DNA of 59,831 nt, filler included, from Candidatus Tectimicrobiota bacterium (GTDB lineage: Bacteria; JACPSX01): NCBI GenBank assembly GCA_016193065.1. It is 3 parts of 3 records of this genome, joined end to end, with 100 filler letters (N's around TTAATTAATTAA, not from the genome) between each part and the next. Parts side by side here need not be neighbours in the genome. Positions count along the whole stretch, not along the records: positions 23,763 to 45,212 come from JACPSX010000007.1; 2 more parts are not named here. One strand, given 5' to 3'. Each line of letters opens with the position of its first letter. Position 1 is the first letter of the stretch. Made by a program: the position numbers and the translations under genes. Below are positions 29,803 through 39,652 of the stretch, piece by piece. The notes beneath the pieces were generated by a model that saw only the letters and a list, made by a program, of their open reading frames with translations, was not told the origin of the DNA and searched no databases.

Positions 29803-30990
29803 GTGATCATCGGCGTTCCCAAGGAGTCTTTTCCCGGGGAGAAGAGGGTTGCTCTGGTTCCGGCTGTCGTCCCCACCCTTGCCAAGGCTGGTCATGAAGT
29901 CGTTGTGGAGACAAGCGCCGGGCTCGCAGCGGGTTACCCGGATGCCGATTATGCCGACAAGGGCGCCAGGATTCTCGCCTCCCGGGGCGAGGTGTTTGCC
30001 GCCTCGGAGGCGGTCTTCCAGGTCCTCTGCTACGGGGCGAACGATAAGACCGGAGGCGAAGACCTGCCACTTTTGCGCCGCGATCAGGTCCTGATGGGTT
30101 TCCTCCGGCCCCTGGGATCCCCGGAGACGGTAAAGGAAATCGCGGCGACCGGCGCCATTGCTTTTGCCGTCGAGCTGATGCCGCGCATCACCCGGGCCCA
30201 GAGCATGGACGCTCTGTCCGCCATGTCTACGGTGGCCGGGTACAAAGCCGTCCTGCTGGCCGCCACCACCCTTCCCCGGATGTTCCCGATGCTCATGACC
30301 GCGGCCGGCACGATCGCCCCGGCGCGGGTTCTGGTCATCGGCGCCGGGGTGAACGGACTCCAGGCCATGGCAACGGCCCGCAAGCTCGGCGCCGTGGTGT
30401 CCGCATACGACATCCGGCCGGCGGCCAAGGAACAGGTGCTGAGCGTCGGGGCGCGCTTCGTCGAGCTGCCCCTGGAGGCGGCCGACGCGGAGGACAAGCA
30501 CGGCTACGCCCGGTCCCAGGACGAAACCTTCTACCAGCGCCAGCGCGAACTGTTGGCGCGCGTGGTGGCTGAAAGCGATGTGGTCATCACTACGGCGGTG
30601 GTCCCCGGCAGAAAGGCGCCCGTGCTGATCACCGCCGAAATGGTCGCCCGCATGGCCTCCGGCTCGGTGATCGTGGACCTGGCGGCGGAGCGGGGCGGCA
30701 ACTGCGAGCTGACGCGGGCCACTGAGACCATCATCGACCACGGGGTGACGATCATCGGCCCCGTGAACCTGGCCGGCACGGCGCCCTACCACGCCAGCCA
30801 GCTCTACGCCAAAAACCTCACCACGTTCTTCCTGCACCTCGTCAGGGAGGGCAAGCTCCAGCTTGGCCTGGAAGACGAGATCACCCGCGAGACCCTCCTG
30901 ACCCAAGGCGGCGAGGTGGTGCACCCGCGGGTCCGGGAGGCCCTGCACCCGCAAGGCGGGTACCCGACGCTGGAAAGGAGGACTTCATGA
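29803..30990 (+). CDS. pntA: NAD(P) transhydrogenase alpha subunit part 1
   Basis: GVPKE..PGEKRVA, RITRAQSMDALS, VDLAAERGGNCE. Confidence 0.95.
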   Translation: MIIGVPKESFPGEKRVALVPAVVPTLAKAGHEVVVETSAGLAAGYPDADYADKGARILASRGEVFAASEAVFQVLCYGANDKTGGEDLPLLRRDQVLMGFLRPLGSPETVKEIAATGAIAFAVELMPRITRAQSMDALSAMSTVAGYKAVLLAATTLPRMFPMLMTAAGTIAPARVLVIGAGVNGLQAMATARKLGAVVSAYDIRPAAKEQVLSVGARFVELPLEAADAEDKHGYARSQDETFYQRQRELLARVVAESDVVITTAVVPGRKAPVLITAEMVARMASGSVIVDLAAERGGNCELTRATETIIDHGVTIIGPVNLAGTAPYHASQLYAKNLTTFFLHLVREGKLQLGLEDEITRETLLTQGGEVVHPRVREALHPQGGYPTLERRTS

Positions 30991-31283
30991 CGACGGATCT
31001 CCTCACGGGGCTGTACATCTTCCTCCTGGCCGGCTTTCTCGGCTTGGAGCTGATCAAGCGCGTGTCTCCCCTCTTGCACACCCCGCTCATGGCCCTGACG
31101 AACGCCATCTCGGCCATCGCGGTGGTGGGCTCCATCGTCATCGCTGGCGAGCAGCGCAGCACGCTTTCCACGGTGCTGGGGACTATCGCCGTGACCGCCT
31201 CCGTGACGAACGTGGTGGGCGGCTTCCTGATCACGGACCGGATGCTTAAGATGTTCAAGAAGAAGGATCAGAAGCGATCATGA
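30987..31283 (+). CDS. pntA: NAD(P) transhydrogenase alpha subunit part 2
   Basis: LHTPLMALTNAIS, NVVGGFLITDRML. Confidence 0.95.
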   Translation: MTTDLLTGLYIFLLAGFLGLELIKRVSPLLHTPLMALTNAISAIAVVGSIVIAGEQRSTLSTVLGTIAVTASVTNVVGGFLITDRMLKMFKKKDQKRS

Positions 31284-32677
31284 GCGAGCAACTGATCGAG
31301 CACTTCATCCAGTTCAGCTACATTGCGGCGGCGGTCCTGTTCGTTCTCTCGCTCAAGTGGCTGAGCGCGCCCACCACGGCGCGGCGCGGCGTGAGGGCCG
31401 GCGAGATCGGCATGCTGTTGGCCATCATCGGCGCCCTACTGCACCACGGGATCGTCAGCTACCAGTGGATTCTGGTGGCCTTTGTCGTCGGCTCTTTGAT
31501 CGGCGTTCCCATGGCGGTTCTCATGCCCATGACGGCGGTTCCCCAGCGCACCGCCCTGTCCCATGCCTTTGGCGCCCTGGCCGCCGCCCTGGTCGGAACC
31601 GCCGAGTACTACCTGAAGACGCCGAACCTGGATTCCTTCATCATGATCGCCCTTGTCCTGGAGATGCTCCTGGGATTTCTCACCTTCACGGGGAGTCTCA
31701 TGGCCTTCGGGAAGCTGCAGGAAGTGCTCCCGACGCGGCCTGTCACGTACCGGGGGCAAAACTTCGTCAACCTCGCCCTGCTGGGTATTGCCGTCTTGAT
31801 CGGCGCCTACCTCGTGGTGAACCCCGGAGCGACGGGCCTGTTCCTGGTCTTCGCCGGACTCTGTCTTCTCTTCGGCGTCCTCCTGATCCTCCCCATCGGG
31901 GGCGCCGACATGCCTACGGTCATCGCGCTCCTCAACTCCTACGCGGGGCTGGCCTCATCGGCCATGGGGTTTGTTCTCGACAACAAGCTCCTGATCATCG
32001 CGGGGGCACTGGACGGCACGTCCGGCTTCATCCTCTCCGTCATCATGTGCAAGGCCATGAACCGCTCCTTCACAAACGTTCTCTTCGGGGCCTTCGGGCA
32101 GGTTCAGGTCGCTGCCGCGGGGAAAGTCGAAGAGCGCCCTGTCCGCAGCGCGACGCCGTCGGAGGCCGCCTCGATCCTGGAGACCGCCAGCTCCGTGATC
32201 ATCGTCCCGGGATACGGCATGGCGGTGGCACAGGCCCAGCACAAGGTCCGCGAGCTTTATGAATCTCTCTCGAAGCGCGGCGTCGAGGTGCGCTTCGCGA
32301 TCCACCCCGTGGCGGGCCGCATGCCGGGTCACATGAACGTGCTTCTGGCGGAGGCGGAAATCCCCTACGACAAGCTTTCGGAGATGGAGGAGATCAACGG
32401 GGACTTCCCGTATGCCGACGTGGCGCTCGTCATCGGCGCGAACGACGTGACGAACCCCGCCGCCCGCCACGACCAGGCTAGCCCTATCTACGGCATGCCC
32501 ATCCTGGACGTCGATAAGGCCAAGACGGTCATGGTGATCAAGCGCAGCATGAACCCGGGCTTCGCAGGGATCGAGAACGAGCTCTACTATATGGACAGGA
32601 CCCTCATGCTCTTCGGCGACGCCAAGGGCTTCGTGGGAGAGATCGTCAAGTCCCTGTCCGATGGCGCTCACGGCTGA
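31280..32677 (+). CDS. pntB: NAD(P) transhydrogenase beta subunit
   Basis: IGGADMP, PGYGMAVAQAQ, HPVAGRMPGHMNVLLAEA, GANDVTNP. Confidence 0.95.
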   Translation: MSEQLIEHFIQFSYIAAAVLFVLSLKWLSAPTTARRGVRAGEIGMLLAIIGALLHHGIVSYQWILVAFVVGSLIGVPMAVLMPMTAVPQRTALSHAFGALAAALVGTAEYYLKTPNLDSFIMIALVLEMLLGFLTFTGSLMAFGKLQEVLPTRPVTYRGQNFVNLALLGIAVLIGAYLVVNPGATGLFLVFAGLCLLFGVLLILPIGGADMPTVIALLNSYAGLASSAMGFVLDNKLLIIAGALDGTSGFILSVIMCKAMNRSFTNVLFGAFGQVQVAAAGKVEERPVRSATPSEAASILETASSVIIVPGYGMAVAQAQHKVRELYESLSKRGVEVRFAIHPVAGRMPGHMNVLLAEAEIPYDKLSEMEEINGDFPYADVALVIGANDVTNPAARHDQASPIYGMPILDVDKAKTVMVIKRSMNPGFAGIENELYYMDRTLMLFGDAKGFVGEIVKSLSDGAHG

Positions 32678-32703
32678 ACTGCACCGGACATCCGTACCCC
32701 GGT

Positions 32704-33291
32704 TCAGAAGATGGCGGTGGATCCTCCGTGCTTCCTTAGAACCACGATGGAGACCACGAGCACGAGGACGAGAAGGGTGAGGAGGCCCATCTCGATCATC
32801 GCCATCCGAAAGAGTTCGGCAGGGACCTCCGCCAGGTGCCAGACCTCCGCCGTGAGGATCAAGATGCGGCGCACGGCGGCAATGAGCCCCACGACCAGGA
32901 AGGGCTCGCAGGCCAGACTCTTCTCCACGAAGGAAACCCGCACCGTGTAGAGGATCTCTACCACCATGAGGGTGATCAACAGGCTGTCAATCACCCCGAT
33001 GGCGTTAAATTGCGCGCGCTGCCAGAGAACCCCGGAGACGATTTTCACCCCGGCGTCCCAGAGCAAGGCCAAGGCCGTAATCGCCAGCAAGACCCCAATG
33101 ATCGCGTAAATGCCGTCCTCGCCGCGGTCGATCCAGCGCACGAACCAGCCGCGGAAGGACCTGTCCTGCACCCGGAAGCCGGGTACCCGGTCGAAGGGCC
33201 TGTCCTGAGCAGAGTCGAAGGGCTCAGGACGAGCGGCGGGGTCGAGGGGCGTGCCCTGAGGGCGTTCGAAGGGCTTGTCCTGGGAAGTCAT
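32704..33291 (-). CDS. PsiE-family membrane protein with repeat-derived N-terminus
   Basis: VEILYTV, EPFLVVGLIAAVRRIL; four TM helices; ATGA overlap with the norB stop. Confidence 0.8.
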   Translation of the reverse strand: MTSQDKPFERPQGTPLDPAARPEPFDSAQDRPFDRVPGFRVQDRSFRGWFVRWIDRGEDGIYAIIGVLLAITALALLWDAGVKIVSGVLWQRAQFNAIGVIDSLLITLMVVEILYTVRVSFVEKSLACEPFLVVGLIAAVRRILILTAEVWHLAEVPAELFRMAMIEMGLLTLLVLVLVVSIVVLRKHGGSTAIF

Positions 33292-34652
33292 GAGGTTTTC
33301 TTCAGGTCATTCCCGCTCCCGCCTGCGACCGGAGAGGGCTTGAGCGTGAGGATGTTGGCAACCGTATAGGCAACGGCCGCCAGCATGCTCAGGCCGAAGA
33401 AGACCAGGATTTGAAACCAGAACTGCATCTGAGCCTGGGCCGTCATGAAGCCAAACCCCATGACCCGCTCAATGTAAGCTTGCAGGACTCCGGCCACTCC
33501 AAAGGCAAGGCCCATGCCCATCATCGTCAGACTCATCCACCAGAAACCGATCCGTCCCGGCCTCTCGTTGAACTTCGTGAACCCTTTGAGCCGCGGGACC
33601 GCGTAATAAAAGAAGGTCAGGTTCAAAAGCACGTAAGCCCCGAAAAAGGCCACGTGGCCGTGGGAGACCGTCACCTGGCTGCCGTGGGTATAGTAGTTGA
33701 TCGGGGGGAGCGTGTGCACAAACCCCCAGAACCCGGCCCCGATCACGTGGTAGATCGCCATCCCGACCGCGTACAGGAAAACCAGCGGGCTCGCCATGGG
33801 GATCTGGCGCTCCTTGACGTGCTTCCAGGCATCCCAGAGCATGAGGATGATGGGCAGGGGCTCCAGGGCGCTGAACACTCCGCCCACCCAGATCCAGTAG
33901 TGCGGGGCCCCGAGCCAGTAGTAGTGATGCCCCGTCCCGGCGATCCCGGTGAACAGGAAAAGCCCCAGCTCCACGTACAGCCACTTCTCCACGGTGGCCC
34001 GAGGCACTCCCGTGATCTTCATCAGCAGAAAGGCCGTGAGGGCGGCGGCCACCAGTTCCCAGGCTCCTTCCACCCAGAGGTGGATCACCCACCACCAGTA
34101 GTACCAGTCGATGGTCAGGTTGCGGTAGAAGGGGAGATCAAAGAGGTAGAGGAGCGCCAGGAAAACGAGACCCCCCAGGAGGGAACCTTGAGTGACGGTC
34201 CACTTGCGGGCCCGGATCAACGTAAGACCGACGTTAAACAGGAAGATCAAGGCCCCGATGACCACTAGAATATCCAGGGTGAACGGAATTTCCAGCAGGG
34301 GCCTCCCCGAGGTCCAGCGCAGCACGAACCCCACGAGGGCTGCCACGCCGGTTCCAACCAGGATCACAAGCTGGAGATAGGCCAGTTTCGTGCTGAACAG
34401 GTCCCGTCCGCTCTCCTCGGGGATCATGTAGTAGGTGCTTCCCATGAACCCGAGCAGGAGCCAGAGCACCAGAAGATTCGTGTGAATGGGGCGCGCGAAG
34501 TTAAAGGGGAAGACGTCCACGAGCCCCTGGGGGAGGTTGAATGCGTAGTTGGAGGCAATCCAGATCCCGAAGACGATCTGCAAGACAAAGAGCAGCAAGG
34601 CAATGGCGAAGTAGGGATACGCTACGCGCTGGGATGGGTATGCGATTGGCAT
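33288..34652 (-). CDS. norB: Cytochrome c-dependent nitric oxide reductase large subunit
   Basis: ARPIHTN, WWWVIHLWVEG, GTGHHYYW, SALEP, NYYTHG, HGH. Confidence 0.92.
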   Translation of the reverse strand: MPIAYPSQRVAYPYFAIALLLFVLQIVFGIWIASNYAFNLPQGLVDVFPFNFARPIHTNLLVLWLLLGFMGSTYYMIPEESGRDLFSTKLAYLQLVILVGTGVAALVGFVLRWTSGRPLLEIPFTLDILVVIGALIFLFNVGLTLIRARKWTVTQGSLLGGLVFLALLYLFDLPFYRNLTIDWYYWWWVIHLWVEGAWELVAAALTAFLLMKITGVPRATVEKWLYVELGLFLFTGIAGTGHHYYWLGAPHYWIWVGGVFSALEPLPIILMLWDAWKHVKERQIPMASPLVFLYAVGMAIYHVIGAGFWGFVHTLPPINYYTHGSQVTVSHGHVAFFGAYVLLNLTFFYYAVPRLKGFTKFNERPGRIGFWWMSLTMMGMGLAFGVAGVLQAYIERVMGFGFMTAQAQMQFWFQILVFFGLSMLAAVAYTVANILTLKPSPVAGGSGNDLKKTS

Positions 34653-34679
34653 GAGCAGATTCCTCCCGTCTGTTGCCGG

Positions 34680-35363
34680 CTACTTCAAGCCAGTGAGGAA
34701 ATCGGCCAGTTGATCCCGCTGTTCGTGGCTCAATGGGATCTGGGGCATTGTGGCCTTCGGGTTCACGGACCTCGGGTTATCGAGGATTTTCTCGATCGTG
34801 TTGTGGTCCAGCCGCCCACCCACATGGGTCAGTTCCGGGCCCACGGTGACCCCGGTTCCGAAAAGTTTGTGGCAGCCAAAGCACCCCTTTTCCTGGAAAA
34901 GAACGGCGCCGGAACTGACTCCCAGGGCGACCACCTTGCGTTCTGTAGCGCGGAGCTTGGCGTCCTGGGGCGGCCAGTTGTTGTTGTCGATCTCGCTCGT
35001 CCATTTGAAGAAGGCGATGAGGTCGTCAATTTCCTTGTCGCTCACGTGCTGGTTCGGCATCTTGCGCCAGGTGGTGTACAGCTCCGGGTTCTTCACCATG
35101 GCCCGGATCCCTTCCGCGCCGCGGCGCCAGTACACCTTGGTCATGTCCGGGGCGTAGTAGGCGCCGAACCCCAGAATCGTGTGGCAGTCGTTGCAATTGT
35201 ACTTCTGCCAGACCCGTTTGCCTGAGACCACCTGGTCGCTCAGTTGGTCCGCATGGGTCAAGGTCTGGACCTGGCGGTGGGTGTCCACCGTGAGGGCGAG
35301 AAAGAGAATGAGGGAGATCAGAGTCCCGAGGTAAAAGATTGCCCGCGCAGCCTTTGGGCTCAT
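34680..35363 (-). CDS. norC: Nitric oxide reductase cytochrome c subunit with a second cytochrome c domain
   Basis: N-terminal TM helix, CNDCHTILG.GAYYAPDMT, WPP; extra CFGCH...GPELT...MP domain. Confidence 0.88.
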   Translation of the reverse strand: MSPKAARAIFYLGTLISLILFLALTVDTHRQVQTLTHADQLSDQVVSGKRVWQKYNCNDCHTILGFGAYYAPDMTKVYWRRGAEGIRAMVKNPELYTTWRKMPNQHVSDKEIDDLIAFFKWTSEIDNNNWPPQDAKLRATERKVVALGVSSGAVLFQEKGCFGCHKLFGTGVTVGPELTHVGGRLDHNTIEKILDNPRSVNPKATMPQIPLSHEQRDQLADFLTGLK

Positions 35364-35717
35364 GGCAACCTCCTTCCCCCTCACTGTGTTCATCTTCAGG
35401 ATCGTGCGGTTTTTGCGCCTGCCGATCGGGTTCCTTTCGGCTCACTCCGGTCTGATCCGCAGGGCAAGGTAGCAGCGAAATTGAATCTGATCTGCTTTGT
35501 GTAAGGCCTCCTGTCAGCAGGCCTCGGCGGGACGGGGCCTCCGTTCGCGGAGATGCAAGTCGTTCCACTATAAAACCATCGGGAGTGCTTTGTAAAGAGA
35601 GAAACCAGACTCAAGTGGGAGACCGGGGTGCCCTCTGTCGCCAGCCCCTCTGCTCAGACAAAACTCGTTGACAGAACATGGGTTATTGGGCAAGGATGAA
35701 AACGGAGGTGGCCTTTC

Positions 35718-37409
35718 ATGTTCCCCCTCGTGCGGGTGACCCGCACCTACAAGAACATCCGGCGCCTGCGGCAGATCGTCAACGTGCTCTTGAGGCACGG
35801 CTTCGGCCATCTCGTGGAGCAGATGAATCTGCTGCCGGCGGTTTCCCTGGGCCGCCGTCTGTTTCTGCGCAAGTCTCGAGACCGGGAGATCAGCCGCCAC
35901 ACGGTCCCCGAGCGCCTGCGGGCCGCCTTTGAGGAGCTGGGTCCCACCTTTGTCAAGTTCGGCCAGGTCTTGAGTACCCGGCCGGATCTGGTCCCCGGGG
36001 AGTTCACGCTGGAGTTTCGCAAGCTCCAGGACAACGTCCCACCGTTCCCGTTCTCCCAGGTCCGGGAGCTCGTGGAGGAGGAGCTGGGAGCCCCACTCCA
36101 GGAGATCTTCCCCGTGTTTGAAGAGGTTCCCCGAGCGGCGGCCTCCATTGCTCAGGTCCACTACGCCGCGCTGCGCAGCGGCGAAGAGGTGGCCGTCAAG
36201 ATCCAGCGCCCTGGGATTCAGGATCTCCTGGAGACCGACATTGATCTCCTCTTCCACCTGGCCGAACTCCTGGAGCGTCACGTGGCCGAGGGGGAAATGA
36301 TCAACGCGGTGGGAATCGTGGAAGAGTTTTCCCGCACCGTGCACCGGGAGCTGGATTTTAACCTGGAGGCAAGCCACGCCCGCCTGTTCCGGGAGAACTT
36401 TGCCCGAGACCCGAGAATTCTCATCCCCCAAGTGTACTGGCAGCACACGACCCGCCGGGTTCTCACCTTGCAGCGGGTGGAGGGGTCAGCGATCGATCAC
36501 GTGGAGGCCCTCCGGGAAGCGGGCTGCGATCTCAGAGAGATTTCCAGGAATCTCGTCGCCATCTTTTTTAAGATGGTTCTCGAAGACGGCTACTTCTACG
36601 GGGATCCCCATCCGGGGAACTTCCTCGTGCAGTCCGATAACCGGATTGGGATCGTGGATTTCGGCCAGGTCGGCTACCTGGAGGAAGAGCTCATCGAACG
36701 GCTGGCCAACCTCTTCCTGGCCCTCTACCAGCGGGACTACCAGAAGCTTGCCCAGTCCTACCTGGAGATGGACAAGGCCGACGAGCGCACGGATCCTCGT
36801 CTCTTCCAAAGCGATCTCCGGGATCTCCTGGATCCCCGCTACGGGCGTTCCCTCCGGGAAGTCCACTTTGGTGCCATGCTCAGTGATTCCTTTCAGTTGG
36901 CCCTGCGCCACCATATCCGGCTCCCGAACGAGCTCGTCCTTCTGGGCAAGGCCATGATCGGGGTCGAGGGACTGGCCCGCAAGTTGGACGAAGACCTGGT
37001 CATCGTTGAGATCGTGAAACCCTTCGCCTCCCGGCTCATCGAGCACCGGCTGGATCCCCGCCGCCAGCTCAGGCGCACCTACAGGGATGTTTTGGAACTC
37101 GGCCTGTTGGGCAAGCAGCTCCCGGGTCAGATGAGCCAGGCCCTCAAGAAGATCATCGGCGACGACATGAAGATCGAGTTTCGCCACAGCCGGCTTGAGA
37201 AGCTCATCCGGGAAATCGACCGCTCCAGCAACCGGATCGCCTTTAGCCTCATCATTTCCGCTCTCATTGTCGGTTCCTCCCTGATTGTCCTGTCCGCCAA
37301 GGAGCCGCTGCTCTTCGGGTTCCCCGTGCTCGGGTTGATTGGCTTCCTGCTCGCCGGCCTGCTGGGTCTCGGGGTCGTGTTCTCCATCCTGCGCTCGGGC
37401 AAGCTCTAG
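35718..37409 (+). CDS. ubiB: AarF/ABC1/UbiB kinase-family protein
   Basis: LGPTFVKFGQVLSTRPD, AASIAQVH, VAVKIQRP, GDPHPGN, DFG. Confidence 0.9.
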   Translation: MFPLVRVTRTYKNIRRLRQIVNVLLRHGFGHLVEQMNLLPAVSLGRRLFLRKSRDREISRHTVPERLRAAFEELGPTFVKFGQVLSTRPDLVPGEFTLEFRKLQDNVPPFPFSQVRELVEEELGAPLQEIFPVFEEVPRAAASIAQVHYAALRSGEEVAVKIQRPGIQDLLETDIDLLFHLAELLERHVAEGEMINAVGIVEEFSRTVHRELDFNLEASHARLFRENFARDPRILIPQVYWQHTTRRVLTLQRVEGSAIDHVEALREAGCDLREISRNLVAIFFKMVLEDGYFYGDPHPGNFLVQSDNRIGIVDFGQVGYLEEELIERLANLFLALYQRDYQKLAQSYLEMDKADERTDPRLFQSDLRDLLDPRYGRSLREVHFGAMLSDSFQLALRHHIRLPNELVLLGKAMIGVEGLARKLDEDLVIVEIVKPFASRLIEHRLDPRRQLRRTYRDVLELGLLGKQLPGQMSQALKKIIGDDMKIEFRHSRLEKLIREIDRSSNRIAFSLIISALIVGSSLIVLSAKEPLLFGFPVLGLIGFLLAGLLGLGVVFSILRSGKL

Positions 37410-37449
37410 CCCCTTCCCCCGCGAACTGCTCGCGCTGCCCAAGGCGGGT

Positions 37450-37866
37450 TGATCTACCACCAACACCACCACACGACCGGCAGCGGACCTCTAGACCAGG
37501 GTCGATACAAGAGTTTCTCTGTGCCGCAGGACGATCACCTGTTGATTGTGCTGCGATATATGGAAGCCAATCCGCTGCGAGCCGGCCTTGTCCGAAGGGC
37601 ACAGGATTGGGGATGGCCGAGCCGGGAGTATCGGCATCGTGCGAAGGGACGGGATGAGAGGACGGTTGCCAGTGGATCGTCCACAGCACTGGCTGGAGTG
37701 GGTCATCAACACAGTGGGGGACGTGGAGCTGAAATCTCTGCGCGCAAGCGTGACTCGCGGTCGGCTCTATGGTGAGGAGCCATGGGTGATCGAGACCGCC
37801 CATTGGCTGGGATTGGCCTTTACACTACGTGTGCGGGGCCGCCCGGGAAAAGGAACTTACAGATAA
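37450..37866 (+). mobile_element. Remnant of an IS200-like/REP-associated tyrosine transposase (RAYT); 5'-truncated and frameshifted
   Basis: QGRYKSF.V..D.HLL.VLRY.EANPLRAGLV..AQDW.W in one frame; PQHWLEWV...RGRLYG...LGL.FTLR.RGRP in another. Confidence 0.8.
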
Positions 37867-37874
37867 TTTGGATG

Positions 37875-38075
37875 TCACCTTTTCTGTTCCAACCAGACGA
37901 ACCCGGCCCCGATTGCTGCCCCGATGCCGATGCATGTGACGAAAACCAAGCCTACTGATCCGGTATAGAAACCCAACGGAGAATTCGCGCTCATGTAAAG
38001 CGACGCTGTCGCGACCCCCGCGACCGCGCCGCATTTTGCGCCCTTAGGGAGAGCTGCGGTTTCCTTTTCGGTCAT
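37875..38075 (-). CDS. Small membrane hypothetical protein
   Basis: Two hydrophobic Gly-rich segments; weak support. Confidence 0.35.
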   Translation of the reverse strand: MTEKETAALPKGAKCGAVAGVATASLYMSANSPLGFYTGSVGLVFVTCIGIGAAIGAGFVWLEQKR

Positions 38076-38206
38076 TTCGTCTCGTCCTTGGTGCCTGCAG
38101 CTATGGTTCAAAGACAAGGCGTCCTACCTTTCTGGCCCCGCGTATTTGCCTCCGCCCCCTGGACCCCCAAGGGGTAAAGGGGACAAGGAGCCAGGAGTAA
38201 ATCTTG

Positions 38207-39652
38207 CTAAGGCAAAAGCGTCCGGGAAACACGGAACCCACTGCTGTTGTTCCGTAGCGTGGTGCTGTTCACGAGCCGAATGGCGGAGCGGAGGAACCCC
38301 GGTTCGTAGTTCCAGGAGCCGCCGCGAAAAAACCGGTGCGAGCAATCGCCGCTCGTCCAGGCTTCGCCTTTCGCCAGTGCGCCGCTGTAACCGTCGTTCC
38401 AACAGTCCTCTACCCACTCCCACACGTTTCCATGAATATCGTATAGACCAAACGGATTGGCGGTTTTACTCCCTACTGGCTGGGTTCCTCTGCCACCTCT
38501 GCCAGAATTGCTCGAATACCAAGCCGTGCCGTCAAGACAGGCCTCGGCGCCACCGCACCACCACGCCGTACTTGTCCCGGCCCTTGCAACGTACTCCCAC
38601 TCCGCCTCTGAGAGCAGCCGGTATTCTTTCCCCGTCTTCTTTGACAGCCAGGCCACATAGGCCTTCGCATCGTCCCAGCTCACACAAGTCACCGGATCGC
38701 GATCCGTCTGCGCGAAGCCGGGATCACGCCAGCTTGCCGCGTCGTTCATTTCATATCTGCCTCCAGATCTGCCTCTAGTATAGGTGTCACAGTCGCCGGC
38801 GGTGGAATGACCGGTGGCGGCGACGAAGGCCGCGTACTCGCCCCGCGTCACCTCAAACTTCCCCACCGCGAACGGCTGCCCGATCGTCACCTTGTGAACC
38901 GGCTTCTCGTTCTCGTATCCGTCGCCGGCGCCCATGTTGAACCGGCCGGGCGGAATCGTGACCATCTCCGGGCATTCGGCACAGTCGCGGAATGCGTAGC
39001 CCGCCCCAGGAACCTTTGCCACGACCGGCTGGACCAAGGTTGTCGTCGGCAGCTTGGCCGCCGCGACCTCGGCCTTGGCCGCCTCTACGCTCAAGGGGTC
39101 GAGTAGCGCGGTAAGCTCGTAGTGGCGCTTTGCGCCGTGGGCGTCTTTGAGCCGCATCAGGGTCTCCGCCAGGAAGTAGTGCGCCTGGCCGTTGCCCGGG
39201 TCCTTCTCCAGCCCCTGGTCAAACCGTTTGCGGGCGGCCTCGAAGACGCCTTCCTGGAACAGTTGGACGCCCTGGAAGAACATCTGCCGCGCGGTTTCCA
39301 AATCCGTTTGAGACGCCGATGCGGACCGAGCCTTAAGGCTCGCCGCCATCCCCGCCGGGCTGCTTTCCGACAGCAACCCCGCGCCCACCTCCCGCGCCGC
39401 CCGGACAAAGGCCGCGAGCCTCGCCTCGTGATCGGGATTGGCAGCCGTCCACTTGGCATAGCTCTCCCGCCGCTCTGCCATCCAGGCGCCCAGGTTCTCC
39501 TGCGCATCCACGGCCGGCGCGACTGCGCCAGCCAGCAGCCAACACAACAGAACCAACGCGCGGGCCCTCCATTGGCACAGCGGTGACATAAACGTCCCTC
39601 TCGATTTTCTCGCCATCAAGCAACGCCGTTTTCGGACCATGTCATCGCTCAT
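38207..39652 (-). CDS. Secreted TPR + FGE-sulfatase (SUMF1/C-type lectin fold) domain protein
   Basis: Signal peptide, TPR, FRDCAECPEMV, EVT..EY, RLLSEAEWEY.ARAG, NPFGLYD.HGNVWEW, RGGSW, GFRV; true start may be ATG 39589. Confidence 0.9.
   Translation of the reverse strand: MSDDMVRKRRCLMARKSRGTFMSPLCQWRARALVLLCWLLAGAVAPAVDAQENLGAWMAERRESYAKWTAANPDHEARLAAFVRAAREVGAGLLSESSPAGMAASLKARSASASQTDLETARQMFFQGVQLFQEGVFEAARKRFDQGLEKDPGNGQAHYFLAETLMRLKDAHGAKRHYELTALLDPLSVEAAKAEVAAAKLPTTTLVQPVVAKVPGAGYAFRDCAECPEMVTIPPGRFNMGAGDGYENEKPVHKVTIGQPFAVGKFEVTRGEYAAFVAATGHSTAGDCDTYTRGRSGGRYEMNDAASWRDPGFAQTDRDPVTCVSWDDAKAYVAWLSKKTGKEYRLLSEAEWEYVARAGTSTAWWCGGAEACLDGTAWYSSNSGRGGRGTQPVGSKTANPFGLYDIHGNVWEWVEDCWNDGYSGALAKGEAWTSGDCSHRFFRGGSWNYEPGFLRSAIRLVNSTTLRNNSSGFRVSRTLLP

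Noticed and set aside
35478-35495. Possible FNR/DNR box upstream of norC (TTGAATCTGATCTG)
   Set aside because: Only a partial match to TTGAT-N4-ATCAA.
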